A stretch of 64,000 nt of DNA from Candidatus Taylorbacteria bacterium RIFCSPHIGHO2_12_FULL_45_16 (GTDB taxonomy: Bacteria > Patescibacteriota > Minisyncoccia > Phycocordibacterales > PALSA-1337): NCBI GenBank assembly GCA_001821055.1, contig MHRT01000001.1, positions 27,868 to 91,867 on the forward strand. The letters are read 5' to 3'. The notes below the pieces were generated by a model, which did no database searches, was not told where the DNA came from, and worked only from the letters and a program-made list of their open reading frames with translations. Of the stretch, positions 30,125 to 38,995 are shown in pieces. A program made the translations under genes and the position numbers. Position 1 is the first letter of the stretch, and each line of letters opens with the position of its first letter.

Positions 30125-30646
30125 CTACCTCCTCCCTCCCGTCCTCAGCAAATATTTGCTCGAACTCTCATCCAAATCCATAAAATGGTCCGCGACCTCG
30201 ATGAGTTTTGCTGAAGTAGATTTGCCGAATGAAGCCACCTCTACCTGACAGCCCTGATTCATCTGCAGATATTCAACAAGTGGGCAAAAATCGCCGTCGC
30301 CGGTAATGAGGATGACCGAATCTAGTTTTGGCGACAATTTGACTGCGTCAATAGCTAGCCCAACATCCCAGTCGGCCTTTTTGGCTCCGGAACTGAAGAT
30401 CTGCAGGTCTTTGACTTTGGTTTCAATACCCATTTTGGTGAGTGCGTCGAAAAAGGCGTTTTCTTCGCCAGATTCGGTGGCGATGACATAGGCGACGGCG
30501 CGGACGAGCTTGCGGCCATCCATGGCGTCTTTGACGATTGCCCCAAAATTGACTTTGGAGTGATAGAGGTTTTTGGCGCTATGATAGAGATTTTGCGCGT
30601 CAATGAAAATGCCGACGCGTTGTTCTTTGTGTTTGATTATTGACAT
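30125..30646 (-). CDS. NYN-domain (LabA/DUF88-like) predicted RNase
   Basis: The product carries the NYN pattern GIFIDAQNLYHS...ITGDGDFCPLVEYLQ. Confidence 0.8.
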   Translation of the reverse strand: MSIIKHKEQRVGIFIDAQNLYHSAKNLYHSKVNFGAIVKDAMDGRKLVRAVAYVIATESGEENAFFDALTKMGIETKVKDLQIFSSGAKKADWDVGLAIDAVKLSPKLDSVILITGDGDFCPLVEYLQMNQGCQVEVASFGKSTSAKLIEVADHFMDLDESSSKYLLRTGGRR

Positions 30647-30853
30647 GAAAATAGATGAGAAATGTAAAATTGACCTATTAGACGAATCTGCTGATTCGAA
30701 AGCGCAAAGTTACATTTAAAATAGATTAAGCAACGTATTAAAAGATTGTTAATGGAAAGAACTATACACAAGTGTACACGCTAAAGAAGACATTGAAAAG
30801 TCCATATCGCATAAACTGAAAATGCAACTCAACTTTGCACTTCACACTTTTAA

Positions 30854-31120
30854 CTATTTCTTGAGGTCCAACTTCTTGATGATACTAGAATAACGACGAG
30901 GGTGGTTTTTCTTCAAATAAACGAGGTGAGTCTGGCGATCGGCGACCATACCGAGAAGTCCGCGGCGGGAATGGTTGTCTTTCTTGTGCTTCTTGAGATG
31001 GTCGCTCAGTTCGGTAATCCTTTTGGAAAGCAAAGCGACCTGAACCTCGGCAGAGCCGGTGTCCTTGGCGTGAACCGCTGTTTCCTTGATGATTTTGATT
31101 TTTTGTCGCGTAGTTAACAT
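30854..31120 (-). CDS. rpsO: 30S ribosomal protein S15
   Basis: The product reads MLTTRQKIKIIKE...GSAEVQVALLSKRITELSDHLKKHKKDNHSRRGLL. I placed the start at the internal Met, because the track ORF extends upstream. Confidence 0.9.
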   Translation of the reverse strand: MLTTRQKIKIIKETAVHAKDTGSAEVQVALLSKRITELSDHLKKHKKDNHSRRGLLGMVADRQTHLVYLKKNHPRRYSSIIKKLDLKK

Positions 31121-31451
31121 CGTTGGAACATCATAGCATGAATAGGGAGAGGGCGCAAGGCGATTAAAAATGTCGTTTAACATAAAGAATTCAGCCCGAC
31201 CAGTGTCCCCATAAGGTTCACAGGCCGGGCTTTTTCATGAAGTATTGATTGAAATTTTGTACTTATCCAGACTCAATCGACTGACTCAATCCAAGTGGCT
31301 TCAAGGATTGCTTTTTTAGGGTTCTAAAGCTTTTGGGCTTTTGAATTATTAATACTTTTATTTTAAGCTATATTTTTCATATACATCGCGAAAAATATGC
31401 AGAATCTCTCGTAAGTGATTCCCTTTCACTTCTCCATGCTACAATGTACCC

Positions 31452-32405
31452 ATGTCGTACAATATCCGAGACCTCAAACAGCAGTTTTTGGAATATATCG
31501 AGATCGAACGCGGCCGGTCGGTAAAAACAGTGCGAAACTATGATTTTTTCCTTTCCAAATTCCTCAATTTTTCCAAGATCAAGATGCCCGAAGACATCAC
31601 TACCGATAAAGTCCGCGAGTTTCGTCTGTGGTTAAATCGTCAGCCTGGTTTCAAGAGCCCCACTGGCATCCAGACACTCAAAAAGAATACTCAAAATTAT
31701 CATCTGATTGCCCTGCGCCTATTTTTGAAATATCTAGGCAAGCGCCAAATCAAATCCTTACCTCCGGACATGATTGAGCTTGCCAAAGTCGGTCAGCGAC
31801 AGATCGATGTCATAACAGCCGAAGAACTGAAACGATTGTTGAATGCTCCTGATGGTGATGACCTTGCTTCTTTGCGAGATCGCGCCATGTTGGAAACACT
31901 TTTTTCAACAGGATTACGTGTAGCCGAACTCTGTTCCCTATCTCGAGATATTGATTTCAATGCCGATGAATTCTCCGTTCGTGGCAAAGGCGATAAAGTT
32001 CGAGTGGTCTTTCTTTCACTTGAGGCAAAAAAAGCCCTCAAGAAATATTTGGAAAAGCGCACTGATATGGGCGAGGCTCTTTTCGTAGAGATTAGTGAAC
32101 GCGTGAAGAAGGCAAATCCCAAGAATAAAAAAAGTGACCTGGATGTCGGCGATACCCCTCTCACCACTCGTTCTGTTGAACGTATTGTCAAGAAATATGC
32201 CATCAAGGCCGGGATTTCCAAGAAAGTTACTCCCCACACTATTCGTCATTGCTATGCTACCGACCTTCTAGGTAGTGGTGCCGATATTCGCTCAGTTCAG
32301 ATGCTCCTAGGGCATGCTAATATCAATACGACGCAGATTTATACTCATTTGACGGATACTCAACTAAAGAAAGTCCACCAGCAGTTTCATGGGAAGAGGA
32401 GGTAG
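31452..32405 (+). CDS. Tyrosine recombinase XerC/XerD family
   Basis: The product has an N-terminal SAM-like core-binding domain. Its C-terminal catalytic motifs are HTIRHCYATDLL and LLGHANINTTQIYTHL, with the catalytic Tyr. Confidence 0.85.
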   Translation: MSYNIRDLKQQFLEYIEIERGRSVKTVRNYDFFLSKFLNFSKIKMPEDITTDKVREFRLWLNRQPGFKSPTGIQTLKKNTQNYHLIALRLFLKYLGKRQIKSLPPDMIELAKVGQRQIDVITAEELKRLLNAPDGDDLASLRDRAMLETLFSTGLRVAELCSLSRDIDFNADEFSVRGKGDKVRVVFLSLEAKKALKKYLEKRTDMGEALFVEISERVKKANPKNKKSDLDVGDTPLTTRSVERIVKKYAIKAGISKKVTPHTIRHCYATDLLGSGADIRSVQMLLGHANINTTQIYTHLTDTQLKKVHQQFHGKRR

Positions 32406-32481
32406 TTTTTTGAGCTGGAACCTTGGCGTTTGGAAATTTTTCCCTCTTCCCTTATTTCCCTCTTTCCTTCATACTATCCCC

Positions 32482-33297
32482 ATGCGCCTCATCTCCTGGA
32501 ATGTCAACGGCATCCGTGCAGTCATCAAGAAAGATGAATTTTTGCCATTCATCAAAAAATATCAGCCCGATATTCTCTGTTTGCAAGAAACCAAGGCTGA
32601 GCAAGGTCAAGCCGTGATTGATCTACCTGAATATGAAGAATATTGGAACTCGGCCGTAAAAAATGGCTACTCTGGTACGGCTATTTTCACAAAGATAAAA
32701 CCAATGACGGTAATTAATGGTCTTCCGGACAAAATTTGCGCCAAATTTGGTCTGGCGGCCGATGAATATGGAGACCCACGTACCGAAGGCAGGGTGATTG
32801 CCGCGGAATTCGCTGATTTCTATGTAGTCACTGTCTACACTCCCAATGCCAAAGAGGATTTGAGTCGAATTCCCCTTCGCCATAAACGATGGGATCCTGC
32901 ATTCCTGGCCTATTGCAAGGAACTTGAGTCAAATAGTTCTATAGGCTCACCACATGGCAAGCCCGTTATTTTTTGCGGCGATCTCAATGTGGCCCATACG
33001 CCTGATGACCTCGCTCGACCCAAAGAAAATGAAGGTCTCAAGGGATTTACTAGAGAGGAACGAGAAGGTTTTGATAATATGGTTGACGCCGGTTTCATCG
33101 ACACTTTCAGGATGTTCAAAAAAGGCAATGGTTTCTATACCTGGTGGTCAAATTGGTCCAATGCTCGTGGGCGTAATATTGGCTGGAGGATTGATTACAT
33201 TCTCGTTTCAAAAACCTTGAAAGATAAGATCAAAAAAGCAGAAATTTTGGATGAAGTGATGGGTTCGGATCATTGTCCAGTGATGGTTGAGTTGTAA
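32482..33297 (+). CDS. xth: Exodeoxyribonuclease III (AP endonuclease)
   Basis: The product begins MRLISWNVNGIRA, runs through LCLQETK, and ends at the C-terminal SDHCPV motif. I placed the start at the internal ATG at 32482. Confidence 0.9.
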   Translation: MRLISWNVNGIRAVIKKDEFLPFIKKYQPDILCLQETKAEQGQAVIDLPEYEEYWNSAVKNGYSGTAIFTKIKPMTVINGLPDKICAKFGLAADEYGDPRTEGRVIAAEFADFYVVTVYTPNAKEDLSRIPLRHKRWDPAFLAYCKELESNSSIGSPHGKPVIFCGDLNVAHTPDDLARPKENEGLKGFTREEREGFDNMVDAGFIDTFRMFKKGNGFYTWWSNWSNARGRNIGWRIDYILVSKTLKDKIKKAEILDEVMGSDHCPVMVEL

Positions 33298-33397
33298 TTT
33301 TTCAATTATGTCGCTATCTCATTCTTACCTTGTAGTTTTTTGAAATCTAGTTGTCTAAATCCCAAACTCTGTCGCGTTACTCCAATCCATCTAGAAA

Positions 33398-33423
33398 CTA
33401 CCCAAAATCATTGGGTAGTTTTA
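33398..33423 (+). terminator. Intrinsic terminator of xth
   Basis: The hairpin CTACCCA-AAATCAT-TGGGTAG is followed by TTTT. Confidence 0.65.
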
Positions 33424-34009
33424 CGTTGTGGTTGAGCCGTAATATGTAAAATTCGGGAAAATCTGGTGTAAAGAAAAGCCGCGTTAAGCAGCAATTTCAG
33501 ATGGAAAAAGTGTCAACGCGGCTACTAGTGAAGTCGCGAAGAATGAAAGAGCTTGGGTCCACAGACCCGGCAGATTCAAATGGTGAATCTGGTGCGTCCT
33601 GATGATTCCTAAGTTGACGGTGTGCACTGTATCTTAAAGAAAGTGCTCTCCCAAAGGAGGCGTAATTGTGTTTGAGACAAGTACACCGTCATATTCCTAG
33701 CAACTATTGGCCGCAAAAATTTCTTCGCGCTTCTAAGTGTGAAGCCTACCCTGAGTTTTAAGGATCAAATGTTTGTTTTGATCGCAGGAAAATGATACTA
33801 AAACTTATTCTGATATTCCCATTACACAAACTCCCCAGAAATTTTTCGTATCATTTTTCTGCGATCACCTCGGATAACAAACGAGTCTACAAATATTGTA
33901 TGTCCTTTATAAGTTTCTGTAAAGGACATAATTGTGGATAACCAGGTCTTTGAGAAATACATATAGGACAAGGTATTTTGCCGGACTAAATGTCCTTCAA
34001 CACTCTGTT
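33424..34009. other. ORF-free, hairpin-dense 590-bp region (candidate structured ncRNA or element remnant)
   Basis: The region has no ORF longer than 60 aa. It carries a 9-bp hairpin at 33477-33523, a 20-bp inverted repeat at 33779-33798 and 33848-33867 (one G-U wobble), and a 10-bp hairpin at 33900-33929. Confidence 0.4.
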
Positions 34010-35524
34010 TTACTGCACAAAATGTTTCTTTCTAATCTCTTTGAGATTTTCCTCATCAACCTCTTCTCTCTTCTCTCTTCCTTTTTCTGCCAACTTGATG
34101 AGTTCATTTTCAGGTAATGTAAAAAGCTTCCTGGATTTTTCTTCCAAATATTTTATGGTATTTAACTTTGGGTTATCAAGCACTTCTTCCATGAGGGCAT
34201 TCAGAATTAACCCAACCTTCGGTCCGGCCGAGATTTCACCTATCTCCATGATTCTCTTGCCATCAATCTTTAACATACCTACCGAGACTGGATCTCGGAG
34301 AGCCTCTTCAACCATAGATTTGTACTTACGGAGTCGGTATGGGTCGGCCTTAGGCCTTCCAGTACCTATTCGGTCACAAATACGAACGTTCATCAGGTCC
34401 CAGATGTTATCTTTGCCTACATTCACAATCATTCGTCTAACAGCTGAAAGTGTAATCATCTCAGTATCCGCAAAAAACATATGCCAACGTACAAGTTTAG
34501 TCACTTTTTCTGTTATTTCACGTGAAAATTTCATTCTTTGAAGTATTTTACGTGTTTCACGTGAACCAACTATCTCATGCCCATAGAAAGTAGGCTGTTT
34601 TGTTTCTTGTGAAACACCCTTAGTTTGGGGTTTAGATATGTCATGAAATAGGGCAGAAAGCCTTATTTCTAGGCCCCAATTGCTGTCTGCGGCGTGCTGT
34701 AGAGAGCGCAAAAGGTGTTCCCAGACCGTGAAAACATGGGCTTGGTTCTGTTGTACTCCAATTCCGGACTCTAATTCAGGTATGAAATATTTTAATAAAC
34801 CAGTTTCTTGAAGGAGTTCAATTCCAAGTTTCGGAGCAGGAGACATGATTATTTTCACGAGTTCTTCGCGGATTCGCTCAATGGAGATTTCCTTTATAGT
34901 CTGGCTAAGCGATTTTATAGCTGAAAATGTGTCCTTTTCGATTGTGAAACCAAGTTCAACCGCGAATCGGACGGCTCTGATCATCCGTAGAGCATCTTCA
35001 TTAAATCGGTCTTGGGCTCTTCCAACAGTTCTGATAGTTTTGTCCTTTATGTCCGCAAAACCACTATACAGGTCAATTATGTCCTTTATAGCTCCATTCG
35101 AAAGAGACACTGCCACGGCGTTGACCGTGAAATCTCGACGCTGGAGGTCGTTCTCTATCCTGTCGCTGAACTTTACCTTGTCTGGATGACGACGGTCAGA
35201 GTAATTCGACTCGAGACGATATGGTGTCACCTCGACATTCCGCAGAGTCAGGTCTTCCGTGACTTCATTGATCACGACGACGGTTCCGAAGACATTTTCA
35301 TAGACGGTTTTCACGAAAAGTCCCTGGATTTGCTCCGGTGTGGCGTTGGTGGTCACGTCCCAGTCCTTTGGAATTCTCCCTAGAAACAGATCACGGACAC
35401 ACCCGCCCACCAAAAATGCCTGAAAACCCGCTTTTTCCAATGTCTCGACAATGGCGACAATCTCCCCGGGAATGGGGCTATTTTTTACGATTTTAGTAGG
35501 CATTGCAGAGGTATTGTAGTACAA
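34010..35524 (-). CDS. cca: CCA-adding tRNA nucleotidyltransferase / poly(A) polymerase family with HD domain
   Basis: The product has a Pol-beta NTase head (GGCVRDLFLGRIPKDWDVTT) and a C-terminal HD domain. Confidence 0.85.
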   Translation of the reverse strand: MYYNTSAMPTKIVKNSPIPGEIVAIVETLEKAGFQAFLVGGCVRDLFLGRIPKDWDVTTNATPEQIQGLFVKTVYENVFGTVVVINEVTEDLTLRNVEVTPYRLESNYSDRRHPDKVKFSDRIENDLQRRDFTVNAVAVSLSNGAIKDIIDLYSGFADIKDKTIRTVGRAQDRFNEDALRMIRAVRFAVELGFTIEKDTFSAIKSLSQTIKEISIERIREELVKIIMSPAPKLGIELLQETGLLKYFIPELESGIGVQQNQAHVFTVWEHLLRSLQHAADSNWGLEIRLSALFHDISKPQTKGVSQETKQPTFYGHEIVGSRETRKILQRMKFSREITEKVTKLVRWHMFFADTEMITLSAVRRMIVNVGKDNIWDLMNVRICDRIGTGRPKADPYRLRKYKSMVEEALRDPVSVGMLKIDGKRIMEIGEISAGPKVGLILNALMEEVLDNPKLNTIKYLEEKSRKLFTLPENELIKLAEKGREKREEVDEENLKEIRKKHFVQ

Positions 35525-35585
35525 CTTGGGATTTTCCGCTAACTAAGCTAGTATGTAGAAGTTACGCTCGCACAAAATAATATAC

Positions 35586-35661
35586 GCGCCCGTGGCTCAA
35601 AGGATAGAGCACTTGGCTTCGGACCAAGGGGTTGGGGGTTCGAGTCCCTCCGGGCGCACCA
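35586..35661 (+). tRNA. tRNA-Arg (anticodon TCG)
   Basis: Cloverleaf with acceptor GCGCCCG/CGGGCGC, a T-arm containing GGTTCGAGTCC, anticodon loop CUUCGGA, and an encoded CCA. Confidence 0.85.
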
Positions 35662-36011
35662 TTCCACCAGTAGTTCTTTGAATGAGATACGATACCCACG
35701 CCGGATTACCTCACGGAGTCGTCCAAGATTCATGTGCATCACACCCTTTTGTCCAGCTACTGTAGACAATGTTCTTTGGGTAGCAATCGATTTGACCGGT
35801 ATCATTCCTGAATGATCTATATCAGGTCTGCAATTCTGATGTCAAACGTAATATAAATTCGATTGTATTAGGTGTTTCATATATGCTTATGAAGCGCTTG
35901 AGATGTCGTATTACGAAAAAAGTTCTGCCAGTAATGTTGATATTTTTGTAAATTATTAGAATGTACGCTATACTCTCGCTTACAGTAACTTTGTGCTTGA
36001 TTTTGTACTTC

Positions 36012-36040
36012 ACACTTAGCACTTAGCACTTAGCATTTTG
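36012..36040. repeat. Tandem repeat (CACTTAGCA-like x3) upstream of tRNA-Gly
   Basis: The sequence reads cacacttagcacttagcacttagcattttgcac. A related gcacttcacactt motif lies 3' of rpsO near 30837. Confidence 0.6.
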
Positions 36041-36052
36041 CACTTTTCATCG

Positions 36053-36125
36053 CGGGTATAGTTTAGTGGTAGAATGCGTCCTTGCCAAGGACGAGATGGG
36101 AGTTCGATTCTCCCTACCCGCACCA
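36053..36125 (+). tRNA. tRNA-Gly (anticodon GCC)
   Basis: Cloverleaf with acceptor GCGGGTA/TACCCGC, anticodon loop UUGCCAA, a T-arm containing GGTTCGATTCC... (read as GAGTTCGATTCTC), and an encoded CCA. Confidence 0.85.
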
Positions 36126-36314
36126 AGAAATGGGGACAAGTCTGTGTATAAGGGGTATAAAAGACAGAAAAAATGGCTTAGAATCGTGAAATTTGAGTCT
36201 TATATATTCACAGATTTAGTTAATCCTTATTTATAGGGCTATTCTAGCGGACTAAGTTTAAAAGTCAGGACAAATGTGTTGAGATTTGAAATTTAAGGAG
36301 GGATTAATATTCCG

Positions 36315-36755
36315 ATGGTAATTCATACGCGGACAAAAGGGAATATAGGAGAAAACGTCGCCTGCACCTTCCTTGAAAGGAAGGGTTTCATTATCCTTGA
36401 TCGAAATTATTCAAGAAAATGGGGAGAGCTAGACATTATTGGTCAAAAGGACGATGTCATTCACTTTTTTGAGGTAAAAAGTGTTACGGATAATTTTTCC
36501 AGCAATTCTAGTGGTCCAGCAGTTATCGGAGCCATTTCCAGGGAAATTTCCGACATAAAGATTACAAGCGTACACAAACCAGAAGAGAATGTTCATGGCC
36601 TGAAAATTAGGCATATTCGCAGGATGGTGGAAACTTATTTGGCTGAAGAAAAGTATGGACTAGACGTAGAATTCCAATTTCATATACTTTCCGTCTACAT
36701 GAACGAGAAAACCCGCCGAGCTCGGGTAAAATGGCTCAAAAACGTGATTTTGTAG
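36315..36755 (+). CDS. yraN: YraN/UPF0102 family predicted endonuclease (extended)
   Basis: The product follows the GENVACTFLERKGFIILDRNYSRKWGELDIIGQKDDVIHFFEVK pattern of PD-(D/E)xK YraN. An AAGGAGG ribosome-binding site lies upstream. Confidence 0.7.
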   Translation: MVIHTRTKGNIGENVACTFLERKGFIILDRNYSRKWGELDIIGQKDDVIHFFEVKSVTDNFSSNSSGPAVIGAISREISDIKITSVHKPEENVHGLKIRHIRRMVETYLAEEKYGLDVEFQFHILSVYMNEKTRRARVKWLKNVIL

Positions 36756-36790
36756 AAGGTATGTGCTAGGATAGGTCAATCACGAGATAG

Positions 36791-36863
36791 CGGAGCGTGG
36801 TGTAACGGCTAACATTTCTGTTTTGGGAACAGAAGACTCCGGGTTCGAATCCCGGCGCTCCGA
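36791..36863 (+). tRNA. tRNA-Pro (anticodon TGG)
   Basis: Cloverleaf with acceptor CGGAGCG/CGCTCCG, anticodon loop UUUGGGA, and a T-arm CCGGGTTCGAATCCCGG. The CCA is not encoded. Confidence 0.85.
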
Positions 36864-36944
36864 CAAGTGGTGAATTATGAATGTGTTAGTATAAGTATTG
36901 ACCTATGATCAATGAACTGAGAATAATCCCTAATCCATAAAGTA

Positions 36945-37379
36945 ATGTTCAGATCCATCTTTAATTTCTTCGATAAGTTTGAGGATCACATACGTGGTCG
37001 TTTGAGTCGTTCCCCAATCTTCTATACAATTATTGGTGGTGTGGCAATCGTGCTGTTTTGGCGCGGAGTTTGGCACACGGCTGATTTGTTGCAGGCCAAA
37101 GGTGGAGTACTCGGTTTCCTTTTTTATGAGCCGATCAATCTGCTTATTGTCGTTGGAATTCTTCTGGCCACAGGACTTTTCGTTTCTTACTTTATCGGCG
37201 ACACGATATTGATTAGTGGTTTGCGTAAGGAGAAAAAACTTCATGAAAAAACCACCAAAGAGATCAAGGAAGAAGAAGCGACTCTCAATGACATAAAAAA
37301 AGTGGTCAAAGAACTCAAGCATGAGGTTGATGAGATCAAGGATGTGGTCGAAGAAGACCACAAAGTTCATCACGGGTAG
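36945..37379 (+). CDS. Small membrane protein with a C-terminal charged coiled coil
   Basis: The product has two TM helices followed by a KE-rich helix. I treat the opposite-strand ORF at 36930..37400 as a shadow. Confidence 0.5.
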   Translation: MFRSIFNFFDKFEDHIRGRLSRSPIFYTIIGGVAIVLFWRGVWHTADLLQAKGGVLGFLFYEPINLLIVVGILLATGLFVSYFIGDTILISGLRKEKKLHEKTTKEIKEEEATLNDIKKVVKELKHEVDEIKDVVEEDHKVHHG

Positions 37380-37430
37380 GGGAAGTAGAAAACTGTACAA
37401 AATGCATTTGAGAATATATACTTTGTTCGT

Positions 37431-38105
37431 ATGTATTCAAAAGATCTGAAAATCAAGGGCAAGCTCCTTCGTGAACAGGGTTATTCCTACGCCTATATTT
37501 CAGGGCGATTAAAAGTCGCAAAGAGCACCCTTAGTATATGGCTGAAAGATGTAAGATTCTTCCCGAATTCCGTCACGAAAAATAGTATAATTAATTCTCA
37601 AAAACAAGTTGTCCTTACTCGCAGAGCTGACAAGGCTAGATCCATTGAGGAGGCTGAAAGATACGCTGGGGATTCAGTGGGAAAATTATCTAGCCGAGAT
37701 GTTTTCCTATTGGGGATAGGAATATATATCGGCGAAGGTAGTAAGGCATTTAACACTACTCGAATTGTGAATTCAGATCCGCGGATCATCAAATTTTCTC
37801 TTGCATGGCTTAAAAAATGTTTTGGTGTCAAAGCTGACAATATACGCATACGTTTGCATGTATATCCGGATACGAATTCGGAGAAAGCCGTCGCGTATTG
37901 GATGAAAGAGCTTGATGTGAGTAAAAAAGTATTTCAAACATCGTATGTAGATCGTCGTCTGAATAAAAAGAAAAGCCGGGCTGGAGTGTTGCCATACGGG
38001 ACTGCTCATATGACAGTAGTAAGCAACGGAAATAAAAATTTTGGAGTCTTGTTACATCGAAAGATTCTTGCTACGATTGACCGTATTCTCACGATGCGGG
38101 ATTAA
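37431..38105 (+). CDS. HTH-domain protein with a LAGLIDADG-like motif (homing-endonuclease-like)
   Basis: The product has an N-terminal HTH (LREQGYSYAYISGRLKVAKSTLSIWL) and an internal FLLGIGIYIGEGS segment resembling a single LAGLIDADG motif. Its stop codon overlaps the 5' end of tRNA-Gly(TCC). Confidence 0.35.
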   Translation: MYSKDLKIKGKLLREQGYSYAYISGRLKVAKSTLSIWLKDVRFFPNSVTKNSIINSQKQVVLTRRADKARSIEEAERYAGDSVGKLSSRDVFLLGIGIYIGEGSKAFNTTRIVNSDPRIIKFSLAWLKKCFGVKADNIRIRLHVYPDTNSEKAVAYWMKELDVSKKVFQTSYVDRRLNKKKSRAGVLPYGTAHMTVVSNGNKNFGVLLHRKILATIDRILTMRD

Positions 38106-38166
38106 TTTAGTGGCAGAATAACACACTTCCAATGTGTAGACGCGAGTTCGATTCTCGCATCCCGCA
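38096..38166 (+). tRNA. tRNA-Gly (anticodon TCC)
   Basis: Cloverleaf with acceptor GCGGGAT/ATCCCGC, anticodon loop CUUCCAA, and a T-arm CGAGTTCGATTCTCG. The CCA is not encoded. Confidence 0.8.
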
Positions 38167-38256
38167 CAAATGATCTAAGGCGATGCCGATGAATAAGAAT
38201 GACAATAAAAACAGCCCCCAATTTCTTGAGGACGTGGCGCCAGGAATTCATTTCGG

Positions 38257-38574
38257 CTATGGAGCCGTGAATAGCTCGGCTGGTTCGACGATGTGTTCTG
38301 CGCCGCCCATGATCATACTAGGAACATAGATAGTGACCTGGCGCCGACTCGAAACTTTTTTGATTAGGCCTGGCGCATACATTTTCAGATCGTCTTTTTT
38401 TTGGATAAGGCCAAGGTTATCCCACGCGACCCACTTCCCGATTTTTTGGCGCAAAGACAAGAGTGTCAGTTCCTGAAATGAACGCCACACAAAGTGGCTC
38501 TTACTTTTACGTTTTTTTATTTTCATAGATGTCCACCTAGAAAGGATACTATTACCAAATTTGTGAATAGTCAA
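38257..38574 (-). CDS. Hypothetical protein (possible gene remnant)
   Basis: This 105-aa ORF has no clear family. It may be a fragment. Confidence 0.25.
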   Translation of the reverse strand: MTIHKFGNSILSRWTSMKIKKRKSKSHFVWRSFQELTLLSLRQKIGKWVAWDNLGLIQKKDDLKMYAPGLIKKVSSRRQVTIYVPSMIMGGAEHIVEPAELFTAP

Positions 38575-38591
38575 TTGCGTGCTCGAGAAAT

Positions 38592-38990
38592 ATGACCCTA
38601 TGTCGATCCGGCGGTCTACTCTATTTGGTGTTTCACCAAAATAGCCTTACAATGTCTTACGTCAGCCAGTCCGAGACGCGGATGGGTCACAAATTAGTCA
38701 TTAAAAATAAAAAATCATGCCAATTCAATTTAACAAATCTCTATCAAGAAGCTTCGGGAACCGGCATTTTCTTCTATGCCGTGGCAGTGATTAGTTCAGC
38801 AAATGGATATATTAGCACAAACGATATTTTCCTCGGCGACCGCATCGTTCCACAGAATATTCGCATCACAAATGGGGAAGCGGCAGTGAATTATGCCACG
38901 CGCAAATATAACGATCCGATGACTGCTGATCCGTCCGTTGGAGTAACGAAGTATTTGAAGATGGTGAATGGGGAGTTGGTGGAGGGGTAG
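38592..38990 (+). CDS. Hypothetical protein
   Basis: This 132-aa ORF has an uncertain start. Confidence 0.3.
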   Translation: MTLCRSGGLLYLVFHQNSLTMSYVSQSETRMGHKLVIKNKKSCQFNLTNLYQEASGTGIFFYAVAVISSANGYISTNDIFLGDRIVPQNIRITNGEAAVNYATRKYNDPMTADPSVGVTKYLKMVNGELVEG

Positions 38991-38995
38991 GTATT

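Noticed and set aside
31184-31260. Hairpin GCCCGACC…GGCCGGGC followed by TTTTT, upstream of rpsO on the opposite strand
   Set aside because: Its orientation is wrong for terminating any upstream plus-strand gene. It is more likely part of the structured rpsO leader, where S15 autoregulation is known, or a chance feature, so I did not call it a terminator.
33424-34009. Attempt to call tmRNA, RNase P RNA or SRP RNA in the ORF-free gap
   Set aside because: A weak resemblance to the RNase P P4 strand (CACAGACCCGGCAG) lacks a correctly spaced partner. No tRNA-like T-arm or tag reading frame is visible for tmRNA, and the SRP domain IV motif is absent. I report it only as an unassigned structured region.
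35548-35805. 85-aa minus-strand ORF
   Set aside because: It overlaps tRNA-Arg antisense, so it is spurious.
36930-37400. 156-aa minus-strand ORF opposite the 36945..37379 gene
   Set aside because: The plus-strand ORF has a coherent TM-plus-coiled-coil architecture. The minus ORF is Phe-rich low complexity, typical of an antisense shadow.
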